Part shown: positions 1 to 13,619 of the stretch, piece after piece
Position numbering within the stretch: the stretch's first letter is position 1
Layout of the letters: every line of letters starts with the position of its first letter
Assembly: GCF_902713615.1 (NCBI RefSeq)
Contig: NW_024055500.1
Location: 1 to 64,000, forward strand
Direction: 5' to 3'
Length of the DNA stretch: 64,000 nt
From: Scyliorhinus canicula
Taxonomy: Eukaryota
Position numbers and translations under genes: made by a program
Notes under the pieces: generated by a model
Database searches by the model: none
Seen by the model: only the letters and a program-made list of their open reading frames with translations
Told to the model about the DNA's origin: nothing

Positions 1-590
1 ACCTGGATTGAACTATATCAGATCCTGAAGGGTCTTGACAGGGTGGATGTGGAGAGGACTGTTTCCTCTTGTTGGAGAATCGACAAATAGGGCATCACTG
101 TTGCAAAATAAGGAGTCACCATTTCAGATGGAGATGAGGATTTTCATTCTCTTGAGGGTTGCAGGACTTTGGAAATCACGTCCTTAAAAGGCAGTGGAAG
201 CAGTCCTTCAATATTTTTAAGGCAGAGCTGGATACATTCTTCATGAGCAAGGGAAAGGTTATCATGGGTAGGCAGGAATGCTGAGCAGGTTCGAGGGGCC
301 GAGTGGCCTGTTCCTAGTTTGTATGTAAATGGTACAGGAGATATGAGGTGATATGAGATATATGTTTTTACACAGCGAGCGGCAATGACAGTGATACTTG
401 CTGCCCATGAGGGAGTTTGAAAATAGATACATGAATCATTTGATTTCAAAAGGAACTGGATAGACATCTGAGGGAAATAAACCTGCGAGGATACAGGGAT
501 AGAGCTAGAGAATGGGACTGACTGGATTGCTCCAGAGAGCAAGCATGGATTCAATGGGCCGAATGACATTCTCTGTGTCATCATATCTCT
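1..590 (+). mobile_element. CR1-clade LINE 3' fragments (degenerate)
   Basis: Matches the 3' ends of the CR1 copies at 10200-10590 and 48060-48467 (gtcttgacagggtggatgtggagagg... then gatgggccgaatg... tail); no intact ORF. Confidence 0.7.
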
Positions 591-734
591 GACTCTCTTG
601 TATAATCTAGTTTTGTAATTTAACCCTGGCGGGTTCAGATATCACTCAGGTAAATCTGTGCTGCACTCCCTCCGAGGCCATTCTATCCTTCCTCAGGTTT
701 GTTGTCCAGAACTGAACACAGTTCTCCAGGTTTG

Positions 735-1030
735 GTCTAACCAGGGTTTGTGAATCTCGGGGCTTTTCCAGTCACACTGAGACCTGAAATCTTCCCTCAC
801 AGACAGAACAGACAAACCTTTTACCTTCCACACCCAGATGCTGCTGAAATTCAGGTTCTGATGAACCGAGTGACTCTGTCAGATTGCGATGTGATGTTTG
901 GTTTGTGTTTCCCGTCTGTTAAACCTCCTCTTCCAGTATCCTGTAAATTTACAGAAACCTCACTGTCAGTTTAGGATAGAAATTCACAACATTCTCTCCT
1001 CGCCAACTTTGATTAAATGTATTCCTGGAG
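735..1030 (-). pseudogene. C2H2 zinc-finger gene remnant (5' part of coding exon and upstream intron)
   Basis: Similar to 11660-11930 of the ZNF gene (cttttccagtcacact...; tcactgtcagtttaggatagaaattca versus tcactgttattacaggataggaattca). Confidence 0.5.
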
Positions 1031-1403
1031 GTTTGATCACATGACCTGCTCCCATCCTCCAGCCTTTAATCGGCCAACACATCCATCCTTGTGACACACT
1101 GCCTTCCTCGGCCAATTGGGAAGCAAAGTGACTGATTATCTTTCAGGACAGTGATTGACTGTCAGCCAATCAACCTTTATCCCATCTTCAATATTTTTAT
1201 ATCCACTGAAGAGAAATGTTCAAAGAAAATTACATTAAAATCTTTACTGTCCTAATGATTTCCCAGACACGAATCTCACCAAGACAGAAGGTTAAATTTG
1301 AATTAATTTAAAGTCTACTGAAGACCCTGAAACCATTGTTGGTTGTTGCAAAGACCCATCTGGTTCACTCATGTCCTTCAGTGAGGAAATCTTCCATCCT
1401 TAC

Positions 1404-1632
1404 CTGGTCTGGCCGAATATCCAAAGGCCAAAGACGTGCAGGTTAGGTGGATTCAAATGAAATGAAATTAAATGAAAATGAATAAAAAATTGGCCATGAC
1501 AAATTGCCCTTAGTGACCAAAAACGGTTCGGAGGGGTTATTGTGTTACGGGAGATAGGGTGGAAGTGAGGGCTTAAATGGGTTGGCGCAGACTCGATGGG
1601 CCGAATGGCCTCCTTCTGCACTATGTGTTCTA
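1404..1632 (-). mobile_element. HE1/V-SINE fragment
   Basis: aaagacgtgcaggttaggtgg...aaattgcccttagtg...gcagactcgatgggccgaatggcc, shared with the full copies at 5023-5375 and 7553-7890 (same orientation as the + copy sequence read on this strand is fragmentary; strand uncertain). Confidence 0.55.
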
Positions 1633-1999
1633 TGCACATGTGACTCTAAATGCACAGTCAGCTTGTTGACTCTTAAAATGCTCTCTGCAGATGCACTCAG
1701 TTCAAGGGCAATTAGAGCTGGGCAGTGAATGCTGGCCCAGCCAGCGACACCCACATCCCGTGAATGAATAGAAAAGAAAATCTGCCATCCTTACCTGGTC
1801 CTGACCGACACGATTCCAAACCACAGCAATGTGGTTGACTCTTTAAATGCCCTCGAAGATGGCCGAGCCAGCCACTCGGTTTAAGGGAAATTAGGGATGG
1901 GCAATAAATGTTGGCCCAGCCAGTGACTCCCACAATGATAAATAAAATCCTGGAGACTCCAGTCAGTCAATCTGGGAGAAGTTGGCAACCGGTCCAGGC

Positions 2000-2345
2000 T
2001 CACAGCGCATGCGCCATGTGGCACCTTGTCCTCTGTAAAGATGGCGGCCGGTAACCCGGGCCTGTTACCGCTCAGCTCTCACGCTGTTCGATGCTGTTTA
2101 AGACGGGACCGTTAACATTTTACTCGGGAGTTGAAGCCTCCACAGGGTATTTATGAAGCCTCCCGGCTCACTCCGCAGCTTCTATTGCTCCCTGGCCACC
2201 CACCGGCTCCAATCCTGAAAGTTGCTCGATTGTTTCTATCCCGCTCCTCGCACCGTCAGCGACAACCTGAACTGCATGTGTGCCGGACACAGCCCAAACG
2301 GTGCATGCCCCATTCACAGCCGGACTCTGCGCATGTGCGCGGAGC
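2000..2345. promoter_or_regulatory. CpG-rich promoter-like module with NRF1 and YY1 motifs
   Basis: GCGCATGCGC at 2005-2014 and AAGATGGCGGCC at 2038-2049; second GCGCATG near 2327; homologous module at 16516-16555. Confidence 0.55.
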
Positions 2346-5022
2346 TTCTGTAATGTGGATAGAGCACATTCTCGGCCACAATTCATGTTGGGTACTAATT
2401 CCACCATTGAAATAGATATCGTTGATAGAAATTATTTTTGCCAACCGATTACAATTGGTACCGTTGGACCAAGGGAACAAATGTATTAAATAAATTAATA
2501 CAGCAACTAAAGAGCACAGGCCCTTCCACCAGAGTCTGTCCTGGGTGTGATTGACAACAGACCAAACACGGACAGTGATTTGTTAACGGGTTGGGGTCTG
2601 AGCAGGTTCAGGTGAACAGTGATTTTTGTCTTCCTGGACAGAACAGTTAAACTGCCCCTCGTCCATAACAATGTGCTGCAATTGGATCAAATTGTCTGGG
2701 CTTTTAAAGTTGGAGTGTTAACCAGTGGGAAAACTGAGGAAATCCCTTTGCACACTGTGAAGTGTGTGAGTGATCTCCCTCTGAACTGCACATTAGATTA
2801 ATCAATCACTAACTCATATTTATTCTTATCCAGTGGAAACATCTTCCACTTGTCTATCATATCAAACCTGTTCATAGTCTTACAGGATCAGGTCATCCTT
2901 CATTCCCTTTTCCAGAGAAAATATTACGCCGTATCCAATCTTTCTTACTGGATGTAACCTGCCAGTCCAAGCATAATTCAAATATCTTTTCCTGCATCTT
3001 CTCCAGTCCTTCTAGATCCTATTTTCCAATATGGAGACTTTAACTAATCTGAGCAGCAATCTCACCAGTTGTCCCCAAATGCCTGTATGTTGCAGTATTT
3101 TAGTCATTTTACTGTCAGCTGAATTTAAGATGGGACAGAATAAGATCCAATGAGCCCGTTTGTAACACTGTAGAACATCTACAAACCTGCCTCTTCCCCC
3201 GTACTGCTAACAGTTGACTTTTTCACTCTTAACCTGTCAGCTATGTCATTAAGAATAATGTGTCAGAGAAAGACTGGATTTCAGCTTGGTGACACCAGGC
3301 CAGACTAAATTTTAGTTCATAGAATGGTTGAGCTAATTTCTCCATATCATAAGATGCCACTGATGATTCCTGAACTGTCAAACCTAATTTATATTTACCC
3401 TCTGTTCAGTCTGAAAAGTGTTGATTCTGCTGTTACTGCCACTGATAATCACACACAGAACTGAACCATCTTCAATCTGACAATTGGGGTTTATTTCGAT
3501 TCCCTGTAACTGAGCTGGGCTAGTGTTTAATATCTTGTTGTTTGTGAAATAAATCAGCTTTGTCTCAAACACACTGTGTCAAGTCCTTGATTTCTCTTGG
3601 GGGAAAGGAAATTAATTGATGGCCAGTGGCACCAGGCCATGCCCGTCAGTCTTTTTAAGACAGAGATATATTGGTTCTTGATTAATAAGAGGCTCAGGTG
3701 TTATGGGGAGAAGGCAGGAGAATGGTGATGAGAAACATAATAGCCATGATCGAATGGCAGAGCAAACTCGATGGGCCGAATGGCCGAATTCTGCTTCTCT
3801 ATCTCTTTTTTAAGTGAGAAGATCTCAAAGAAACGTATAAAATTCTAACTGGAATGAACAGAGTAGATTCATAAAGAATGTTCCCAATGGTGGGAAGTCC
3901 AGAACTAGGGGGTCATAGCTTGGGATATGGGTAAAACTTTAAGACTGAGGTGAGGAAGAAATGTTTTCACCCAGAGAGTGAAGAGCCTGTGGAATTCATT
4001 ACCACAGAAAGTCATTGAGGACAAACATTGTACAATTTGAAAGGAGTTCGATACAGCTCTTGGGGCTAAAGGGATTAAAGGATATGTATGACTCTGTAGC
4101 ACAATGGATAGTGTGTTGGACTTCTACTTAATGGCAAGTAAGGGATTCAAAGGTTGTGGGTTCAAATCTCACCAGAGTCAACTGTTAGCGTGGCACAATG
4201 GTTACCACTGTTGTCTCACAGTGCCAGGGACTCAGACTCAGGTTCAATTTCAACCTTGGGTGGCTGTCGGTGTGGAGATTACACCTTCTCCCCATGTCTA
4301 CGTGGGGACGCAGACATGGGGAGAAAGTGCAGAATCCGCACAGACAGTGACCCAAGCCTGGAATCGATAAGAATGGGTGATAAATGCTGGCACAGCCTGC
4401 GACGCCAATGTCCAATGAATAAAAAAAAAGTTTCATTAATTGTCACTCAATTAAGGATCACTACTTATTTAATCATGTTACAAACTAATTAATACACTAA
4501 TTTTTAATTAAACATTTGGTTAATACAAGATACACTGGTTCTTTTCTGAGTAGTACTATAATCCATACGCTTCACCCCGCTGTCTGTGTCTATGTATTTA
4601 CATTGTATATTTATTGTATGTCCTATGTATTTTCATGTATGGAGCAATCTGTCTGGAAATGTAGAACAATATTTTTCACTGTACCTCGATACACGTGACA
4701 ATTAATCAAATCCAATAAAAGAGACAGTTTCTTACTAGTCTTCAGATTGAACAATGAGCCTTCTTAAAAATTATTCATTAATGGGAGGTGGGTGTCACTG
4801 GCTGGACCAGCATTTACTGCTCATTCCAATGCCCTTGACCTGCGTGTCTTGTGAGGCTATTTAAGGAGACTTACAAATCAACCACAACATTGCTGTGGAT
4901 CTGGAGTCACGTGCAGGACAGGCCACAAAAGGAGAGCAGATTTCATAAAGGACATTAGTGAACCAGACGGGTTTTTACAACGATCAACAATGTCAACATT
5001 AGACTTTGAATTTGAGACTTTT

Positions 5023-5375
5023 AGAACATAGAACATAGAACAGTACAGCACAGAACAGGCCCTTCGGCCCACGATGTTGTGCCGAGCAATGATCACCCTA
5101 CTCAAACCCACGTATCCACCCTATACCCGTAACCCAACAACCCCCCCCTTAACCTTACTTTTTATTTAGGACACTACGGGCAACTTAGCATGGTCAATCC
5201 ACCTAACCCGCACATCTTTGGACTGTGGGAGGAAACCGGAGCACCCGGAGGAAACCCACGCACACACGGGGAGGACATGCAGGCTCCGCACAGACAGTGA
5301 CCCAGCCGGGAATCGAACCTGGGACCCTGGAGCTGTGAAGCATTTTATGCTAACCACCATGCTACCGTGCTGCCC
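5023..5375 (-). mobile_element. HE1/V-SINE, near full length
   Basis: Reverse complement reads gggcagcacggtagcatggtggttagc (tRNA head) ... ggttcgattccc (B box) ... V-domain gtgtgcgtgggtttcctccgggtgctccggtttcctccc ... (tatgttc)n tail. Confidence 0.85.
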
Positions 5376-6659
5376 CTGTCATAGGCAGATTTGATCCTAG
5401 ATCCCTAGAGCATTAACCTGGGTCTCTGGATTACTAGCCCATTAACAATGCCATTACACCTCTGCCCAGCCCACATAGTCTTGGCAGAATATGATGTCTT
5501 GTAACTTCTCAAAATTATAAAGTAATTTATTTTTTCAAACTAATTCTGATAGCTCTGCAGTTTCTGGAAACATTTTGGTTGGAAGTGTTACTTTTTAAAA
5601 TAAAGAACTAGTCTTTACAAGATAACTACCTCACACACCAATTCATGTATGATAATCTATGTTCACTACTGAATAATCATGAATTTAATTATTGCTTTTT
5701 GCTGTGAAATCAATGTGGTTAATACAGAAAAGGTACAGAAGGTGAAATGGCTGCAGGAAGCTGCATGTTAGAGGTATAAAAGGGCTTCCTTGACCGTGTT
5801 ACTAATGACAGGGAATACACTATGAAAATAACAATTTCAAAACTAAATGTAATTACACATACGTACTTACAGCTTCCACATTACAACAGTGAATACGTTT
5901 CAATTCAAAAGTACTCCATTGGCTTTAAAACACTTTAGGAGGTTCAGTGGTCGAGAGGTTTTATAGAAATGTACATTTATTCCAATTGTCCGCATATATT
6001 ACACTCGGTGTCCTCACCAGAATCATTGATAAAGATTGAGTCTTAATTTTGTGTAATATCCACGTCATTGACACCATTTTGAATACTCTGTGAAAATCCA
6101 CACACACCATATGCACAATTATTTGTTGTAAAACACAGCGAGTTTTTGTGATTTGGAATGCACTGTCGATAAATGGTGCTGGAATCTCATTGGAATGCAA
6201 TTTCCAAAAGGGAATTTGATGCATTCTGAAAAAGAAAATAAAATAGCCGAACTCTGGGATTAAATGGGTCGCTGTACAAAGTGCTGGCATAGGAAAAATG
6301 GGCCAAATAGACTCCTCTGTGCTCGAACAGCCTTGTGTACATGTAAAGGGAGTGGTAACAACCTGGAACCTATCGCCTATGAGGGTGGGAGATGCAGAGA
6401 TGATGGAATAATTTCAATAGGAAATTGGACAGGCATTGAGAGAAATAAACTCACAGGGATTTGGGGATAGAACGGGGCAATGGACAGACTGGCTTCCTCC
6501 ATAGGGAGCCGACACGGTCCCAAAGGGCTGAATGGCCCCATTCCTCACCCTCCAGATGCTGTGATCTCAGGAGTGAAATTTAGTTGCTCCAGTCACTCCA
6601 ACTAATTGGAGTCCCTCATCTCTGGTACCATTCTCGTAAATGTTCTCGACACCGTCTCT

Positions 6660-7210
6660 GAGAACTTCACATCTTTCCCAAAGTGTGGGGCAATTATATA
6701 TAGGGTTCCATTCTAGAGAGATAGAATTGAAAAGCACGGAGGAAATGTTCAGCTTGTTTAGAACCGGGGTTAGACTACACTGGGAACACTGTCAACATTG
6801 GTGATCTCCATTTCGATAAAGGAAATAGAGGCACTGGATAAGGTGCAACAAAGATTCATAATATACAGAACTGAGAGCATTTAACACCCAGGAAAGGCTG
6901 GGGCTGCTTTTTTCTGGAAAGGAGAAGACTGATGGGTGACCTGGAGGAAGTCTTTCAGATTATGAAGGAATTCAATAATCCAATAGGAATTTCAGCAGAA
7001 ACCTCTTTACCAGCGAGTGGTGAGAATGTGCAACTCACTCCCACAGCGAGTGGTTGAGGTGAACAGCATTAATCCATTGAACGTAAAGCTAGATACATAC
7101 ATGAGAGAGAAAGGAATAGAGGGAGATGCTGATGGGGGGGAGGGGGTATGGGGGTGGGGGGGATATAGAGGGGTGGGTGGAGGGTCATGTGGAGCATAAA
7201 TAGTGACACA
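6660..7210 (+). mobile_element. CR1 LINE 3' fragment
   Basis: Degenerate CR1 C-terminal coding sequence (MVRMCNSLPQRVVEVNSI, matching LWNSLPQSAVEAG of the 47902-48369 ORF). Confidence 0.7.
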
Positions 7211-7552
7211 CACCATGGCTAACCTCAGCCAGTGTGGGAATTTAACCTGTGCTGTTGGTGTCACTCAGCACAAACCAGCCATGCAGCCAACTGAGCGAAC
7301 CGATCCCTGTGTAAATCTGTAATAATTCCATAAATATTAGTGAGTGCCTGTCACCCACCATACTATGTAATGTAGTTTCCCAGTGCACCTCAGACAACTT
7401 CCCCTCATACCCTGATAGTTTTCTTCTGTGAGAAGCACCAAGACAAATTAAACAAAAGATCCATGTAACCACCATAGTCCATCTTCATGGCAATGTGGCA
7501 TGATTTGGGGGATTTCAAAACAGAAATGGTAATGAAATATCTTCTAACCTGA

Positions 7553-7890
7553 ACAGCATGGTAGCATAGTGGTTAGCACAGCTGCTTCTCAGCTCCAGGG
7601 TACCAGGTTCGATTCCCGGTTTGGGTCACTGTCTGTGTGGAGTCTGCACGATCTCCCCGAGTGTGCGTGGGTTTTCCTCCTGGTGCTCCAGTTTCCTCCC
7701 ACAGTCCAATGATGTGCGGGTTAGGTGGATTGGCCATGCTAAATTGCCCTTAGTGTCCAAAAAAGATTAAGTGGGGTTACTGGGATAGGGTGGAGGTGCG
7801 GGCTTGGTTGGGATGCTCTTTCCAAGGGCCGGTGCAGACTCGATGGGCTGAATGGACTTCTTCAGCACTGTAAATTCCATGATCTATGAA
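7553..7890 (+). mobile_element. HE1/V-SINE, near full length
   Basis: cagcatggtagcatagtggttagcacagctgc...ggttcgattccc...V-domain...gcagactcgatgggctgaatgg...ccatgatctatg tail. Confidence 0.85.
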
Positions 7891-8111
7891 CCTCCAAACT
7901 CCCTTTCACTCTTTGATCCATGTGAAATGTGCAACCAGATATTTGCAAGAAGGCTCAGAGAGAATCAGCCCACTGGGGGAGAAGCCATGAGACCGGCCAG
8001 TCCAGCAGAAAGAAACCCTCTGACCATCCCCATTGACCAACAGAATGAACAAAATGCAGTCCTGGATGTAATTGAGAACAGAAACAATAACAGCAGAATC
8101 CAATCCCTGGA

Positions 8112-8236
8112 TCAGTTGTGAACTTGTTGGTGTCTCAGGAAGTGCGATGAATCCCTTTGCACATTGACAGCAGGTGAATGGCCTCTCCCCAGTGTGAATT
8201 CCCTGGTGTGACTGCAGACGGCATAACCGAGTGAAT
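8112..8236 (-). pseudogene. Severed 3' end of the zinc-finger gene (fingers 11-12, last one frameshifted)
   Basis: Minus strand reads (GF)[28 protein letters not shown] then, in another frame, FLRHQQVHN*; continues the finger interrupted at 10599. Confidence 0.85.
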
Positions 8237-10598
8237 TGTGTAAATAGATGTAAACGGGTGTGAGATAATCAGGATTATGGAGACATGGCTGCAGGATGAC
8301 CAGGGATGGGAACTGAATATCTTCAGTATTTAGGAAGGACAGACAAAAAGGAAAAGGCAGTGGAGTGGCAGTGCTGGTTAAAGAGGAAATTAATGCAATA
8401 GTGAGGAAGGATATTAGCTCCGATAATGTGGAGTCTGTATGGGTAGAGCTGAGAAACACCAAGGGGCAAAAAACATTAGTGGGCATCGTATAAAGACCCC
8501 CAAACTGCAGTGGTGATGTTGGGAATGGCACAAAACAGGAAATTAGGCCGATTATATAAGTTTCTGTCGGTATGTGAAGAGAAAAAGATCGGTGAAGACA
8601 AATGTAGGTTCCTTTCAGTCAGAAACAGGGGAATGTATAATAGGGGACAAAGAAATGGGTGAGCAAATAAATACATACTTTGCTTCTGGCTTCACAAATT
8701 AGATGCTAGAAATGTTGGGGAACGCAGGATTTAGTGAGAGGAAGGAACTGAAGGAGATCAATATTCGAGAAATTGTGTTGGGGAAATTGATGGGATTGGA
8801 GGCTGATAAATCCCCAGGGCCTGATAATCTGTATCCCAAAGTACTTAAGGAAGTGGTTCTAGAAATAATGGATGCATTGGTGGTCATCTTCCAGGATTCT
8901 ATAGACTCTGGAACAATTCCTGAACATTGGAGGGTGGCTTATGTAACTCCACTATTTAAATAGGGACCTCGAGACAAAACAGGGAATTATAGACCAGAAA
9001 GCCTGACATCGGCAGTGGGGCAAATTTTAGAATCCATTATCAAAGATTTTAAAGAAAAGCACTTAGAAACCAGTGGCAGGATCGGACAGAATCAGCATGC
9101 ATTTATTAAGGGGAAATCATGCTTGACAAATCTACTGGAATTCTTCAAGGGTGTAACTGGTAGAGTTGACGAGGGAGAGCCAGTGGATGTGGTATATTTG
9201 GACTTTCAGATGGCTTTCGACTTATTCCTGCATAAGATATTAGTGTGCAAAATGAAAGCACATGGAATTAGGGGTCGTCTCTTGAGATGGATAAAAAACT
9301 GACTGGCAGACAGGAAACAAAGAGGAGGAATTAATGGATCTTTTCAAATTGGCAGGCAGTGGCTAGTGGGGTACCGCTGGGATCAGTGCCTGGGCCCAGA
9401 TATTCACAAGATATATAAATGATTTTTCTTTTCAAATTTAAAGTACTCAATTCTATTTTTGCAATGAAGTGGTAATTTAGCATGGCCAGTTCCCCTCCAC
9501 TGCACATCTTTGGGGTTATGGGGGTGAGACCCATGCAAAGTCGAGAACTTGACTGCACACAGACAGTGACCCAGGCATGACTGAACCCTGATCCTCAGCA
9601 CCATGAGGCAGCTGCGCCACTTATATATTAACAACTTAGATGAGGGAACAAAATGCAATATCTCCAAATTTACAGATCACACAAGTTGCTTGGGAGGGTG
9701 AGCCGTGAGGAGGATGCAGAGATCCTTCAGTGTGATTTGGACAAGTTGAGTGAGTGGGCAAATGAATGGCAGATGCAGTATAATTTGGAGAAATGCGAGG
9801 TTATCCACATTGGTACCAAAAATGAGAAGGCAGACTATTATCTGAACGGCCATAGATTAGGAGAGGTGGGGAATGTGCAACGAGACCTGGGTATCCTTGT
9901 ACACCAGTCACTGAAGGTAAGCATGCAGCTACAGCAGGCGGTAAAGAAGGCAAATGGTATGCTAGCCTTCATTGCGAGCGGATTCGAGTACAGGAGCAGG
10001 AATATCTTGCTATTATTACACAGGGCCGTGGCGAGGCCATATCTGGAATATTGTGTGCAATTTTGGTCTCCTTATCTGAGGAAGGATGTTCTTGCTCTAG
10101 AGGGAGTGCAGCGAGCGTTTACCAGACTGATTCCTGGGATGGTGGGACTGACGTATGAGAGATTGAATCAGTTAGGTTTGTATTCGCTGGAGTTCAGAAG
10201 AATGAGGGGGATCTCATAGAAACCTATAATATTCGAACAGGACTTAACAAGGTAGATGCAGGAAAGATTTTCCCGATGGTGGGAGTGTACAGAACCAGAG
10301 GTCGCAATCTGAGGATACGGGGGAGACCATTTAGACAGAGATGAGGAGAAATTTCTTCAACCAGAGAGTGGTGAGCCCGTGGAATTTGTTACCACAGGGA
10401 AACTTTAAGGCCAATACATTATTTGTTTGCAAGAAGCAGTTAGATATCGCACTGAAGGCGAAGGGGGTCAAAGGATGTAGAGGGAAAAGCGGAATTAAGC
10501 TATTGAGTTGGATGATAAGCCATGATCATAATGAATGGCAGAGCAGGTGCGAAGGGCCAAATGGCCTCTTCCTGCTCTCCCTTTTCATGTTTCTATAT
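8237..10598 (+). mobile_element. CR1 LINE (degenerate ORF2: endonuclease plus RT) inserted antisense into the ZNF coding exon
   Basis: ORF pieces KSPGPDNLYPKVLKEV, VDVVYLDFQMAFD, RPYLEYCVQFWSP; many stops and frameshifts; junctions gagtgaat|insert|aatcccttccca with aat duplicated. Confidence 0.9.
9422..9622 (-). mobile_element. HE1-related SINE nested in the CR1
   Basis: tactcaattc...ctgcacatctttggggtt...cacagacagtgaccc...gaggcagc; interrupts the CR1 RT region. Confidence 0.75.
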
Positions 10599-10612
10599 AA
10601 TCCCTTCCCACA

Positions 10613-11515
10613 CTAAGAGCAGATGAATTGCCTCTCTCCAGTGTGAACTCGCCGGTGTTTCTGAAGGTTGGACGAATTACTGAATCCCTTCCCACACTGA
10701 GAGCAGGTGAATGGCCTCTCCCCAGTGTGAATTCGCTGATGTTTCCGCAGGGTGGATAAATCACTGAATCCTTTCCCACACTGAGAGCAGGTGAATGGCC
10801 TCTCCCCAGTGTGAATTCGCTTATGTCTCTTCATGGTGGATGAACTAACAAATCCCTTCCCACACTGAGAGCAGGTGAACGGCCTCTCCCCAGTGTGAAC
10901 TCGCTGATGGTTCCGAAGGTTGGACGAGTTATTGAATCCCTTCCCACACTGAGAGCACGTGAATGGCCTCTCCCCAGTGTGAATTCGCTGGTGTGTCTGC
11001 AGACTGGATAAATGTGTAAATCCATTCCCACACTGAGAGCAGATGAATGGCCTCTCCCCAGTGTGAATTCGCTGGTGTGTCTGCAGGGTGGATAAATCAC
11101 TGAATCCCTTCTCACAGAGGGAGCAGGTGAATGGCCTCTCCCCAGTGTGAACTTGCTGATGTCTCCGTAGGTTGGATGAAGAACTGAATCCCGTCCCACA
11201 CTGGGAGCAGGTGAATGGCTTCTCCCCAGTGTGAACTCGCTGGTGTGTATGCAGACTGGATAACTGAGTGAATTCCTTCCTACACTGAGAGCAGGTGAAT
11301 GGTCTCTCCCCAGTGTGAACTCGCTGGTGTGACTGCAGGTTAAAGAAGTGAGTGAATCCTTTCCCACACTGAGAGCAGGTGAATGGCCTCTGCCCAGTGT
11401 GACTGCGGCGATGAATCTCCAGCACAGATGGGGCTCTAAATCCCTTCCCACAGTCAGCACATTTCCACGGTTTCTCCATGTTTTGGGTCTCCTCGTGTCT
11501 CTCCAGATTGGACAA
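10613..11515 (-). CDS. Tandem C2H2 zinc-finger protein, 10 complete fingers, ended by TAG within finger 11
   Basis: ORF with 10 CxxC...HxxxH units and TGERPF linkers; probable start MEKPWKC at 11479; degenerate fingers continue upstream to about 11730; no KRAB or other effector domain seen. Confidence 0.9.
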   Translation of the reverse strand: MSNLERHEETQNMEKPWKCADCGKGFRAPSVLEIHRRSHTGQRPFTCSQCGKGFTHFFNLQSHQRVHTGERPFTCSQCRKEFTQLSSLHTHQRVHTGEKPFTCSQCGTGFSSSSNLRRHQQVHTGERPFTCSLCEKGFSDLSTLQTHQRIHTGERPFICSQCGNGFTHLSSLQTHQRIHTGERPFTCSQCGKGFNNSSNLRNHQRVHTGERPFTCSQCGKGFVSSSTMKRHKRIHTGERPFTCSQCGKGFSDLSTLRKHQRIHTGERPFTCSQCGKGFSNSSNLQKHRRVHTGERQFICS

Positions 11516-12709
11516 TCAGTTGAAGCCTTGTCTACACACAGAACATGTGCACTGTCTCTCCTCAGTGTGAATGGTGTGATGTTTTTTCAGGCCGTGTGTC
11601 TGGTTGAAGCTCTTTTCACAGTGAGTTCACTGGAACTCTCTCACTCGGATGTGTTGTGTGGGTCTCGGTGCTTTTCCAGTCACATTGATATTTCAAATCT
11701 TTTGACGCCGAAAGATCGGACAAACATTTCTCCTTCTCGTCGATGATGTTCAGAGCCCGTTGTTTTCAGATCAGAAGGAATCGAGTGAGTTTGTCACATC
11801 GAGACGTGATGTTTGAGATTTCTGTCTATAATTCCTCCTCTTCTAATATCCTTTAAAAACAATTTATGAAAGTCATCACTGTTATTACAGGATAGGAATT
11901 CAGAATAGACAATTCTACTTCCTATGGAATATAATTTCCTCTCTCCTTTTCCAAAATCTGTAAATCTCCATCCGATACAATCTCCCTCCATTCTCACTCT
12001 GCTGTATCTAATATTCACCCTCCCAATTCTCCTGAAGGTGCTGGTTCATGTTGATTGACAGATCCAAGCTCAGCTCACTGCTTCCTGACCAGGACGCAGA
12101 GATTATAATAGGATCAAGAGTTGGCCATTCGGCCCACCGAGTCTGCTCAGCCATTCAATGAGATCCTTGGCCGATCTACCTCAGCACCATTTTCCCACAC
12201 GATTCCCATATCCCTCGATATCTTCAACATCTAGAAACCTGTCAATATTTGTCTTGAACATACCTAATGGCTGAGGCTCCATATTCCTCTGGGGAATTCC
12301 AAAGCTTCACCACATCCTCGAGTGAAGAAATCCCTCCTCATCTCAGCTTTCACTCTATTTTCCTACATGTTCTCCATAACCCTTAACTCCATTGTCAATA
12401 AAATATCTGTCTAACTTGTGGTTCAATATATTCAATGACCCCCCAGATACAACTGGTCCCTGTGGAAGAGAAATCCAGCACAACCCTCTGAGGGAAGAGA
12501 TAGCTGGAAATCTATAACATAGCTACAGTCTTATGGTACATGGCGAGAAATAATTATGAATTTTATTACGGAACTGTAATTAATATATCTAATCTGTACC
12601 AGATAAGAACATGAGACGGATACCTGTCCATTTACTGTCCCTGAAATGTAGCCCTCTCCTGGGATACCCACACCTTTCATTGTAAACATTAGGAAAGAGT
12701 TTTTTAAAA

Positions 12710-12925
12710 TATATTTGGAGTAACCAACTTTTTATTCCAATTAAGGTGCAAAATTAGCTTGTTCAAATCACCTACCCTGCACATCTTTGGGTTGTGAAAG
12801 TGAGACACACGCAGAGACGGGGAGAATGTGTAAACTCCACATGGATAGTGACCCGGGGCCAGGATCGAATCAGGATTCTCAGCGCCATTAGGCAGCAGTG
12901 CTAACCACAGCACTACCATGGCCCC
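12710..12925 (-). mobile_element. HE1-related SINE
   Basis: cctaccctgcacatctttgggttgtg...aatgtgtaaactccac...gtgacccgggg...gcagtgctaaccac. Confidence 0.75.
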
Positions 12926-13093
12926 AGAGACCACCCTTTCAGTAAGAAAAATAATTGCATCCACCTGTTAACGGGGTGGGAGGCAGAGGTTGGAAACACT
13001 TTGTGGAGCCACGAAATTTCATTTAATTTTGTTTCCCAATTAAATGGAAATTTAACGTGATTCGAGATTGGGCTCAAATCATCAGAGGACTCT

Positions 13094-13525
13094 GGTCACG
13101 ATTCTCCGACCCCCTGCCGGGCCGGAGAATCGGCAGGGGACTGCGCGTATTGCGCCACGCCACCTCAACGCCATTCTCCCACCCATAAAAAAAATCGGGC
13201 AGGCGCGCATGGTGCTGGGCCGCACGGAGAATCGCCGCAAACGGCCATAGCGGCGATTCTCCGGCGGTGCCGCGATTCTCCAGCCCGAATGGACCGACCG
13301 GCCGACTGAAAAGATCCTAGTCCCGCCGGCGCTGTTCTAACATGCTCTGGGCCCGGCTGGACCTCGGGGTTGAACGGTCCGGGGGCGGCCTGTGGGGGAT
13401 GGGCCACTTCAGCGCTGTGCTGGCCCCCCCAGGACCCGGGAATCGGGTCTCGGAACCTGCGCCGGAGTAAAGTACTCCTGTTTTGGCGCCGGCACTCTGA
13501 CGCCGGACCAGAGAATCGCGGCCCT
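13094..13525. mobile_element. MITE-like GC-rich element with imperfect terminal inverted repeats
   Basis: Ends ggtcacgattctcc / agagaatcgcggccc; several internal gattctcc/ggagaatc inverted pairs. Confidence 0.55.
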
Positions 13526-13619
13526 GGTCTGTGGGGAGGAAGGAAACCCAGGGAGGTGGACAGGGAGTATTCACAAACACCCACTGGAGGCCCCAAATCC
13601 CAATGAGACCCATTGATTT

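Noticed and set aside
10585-11746. Alternative-frame and antisense ORFs over the ZNF (and similar ones over the Rex1 and CR1 elements)
   Set aside because: Shadows of the real repetitive coding frame.
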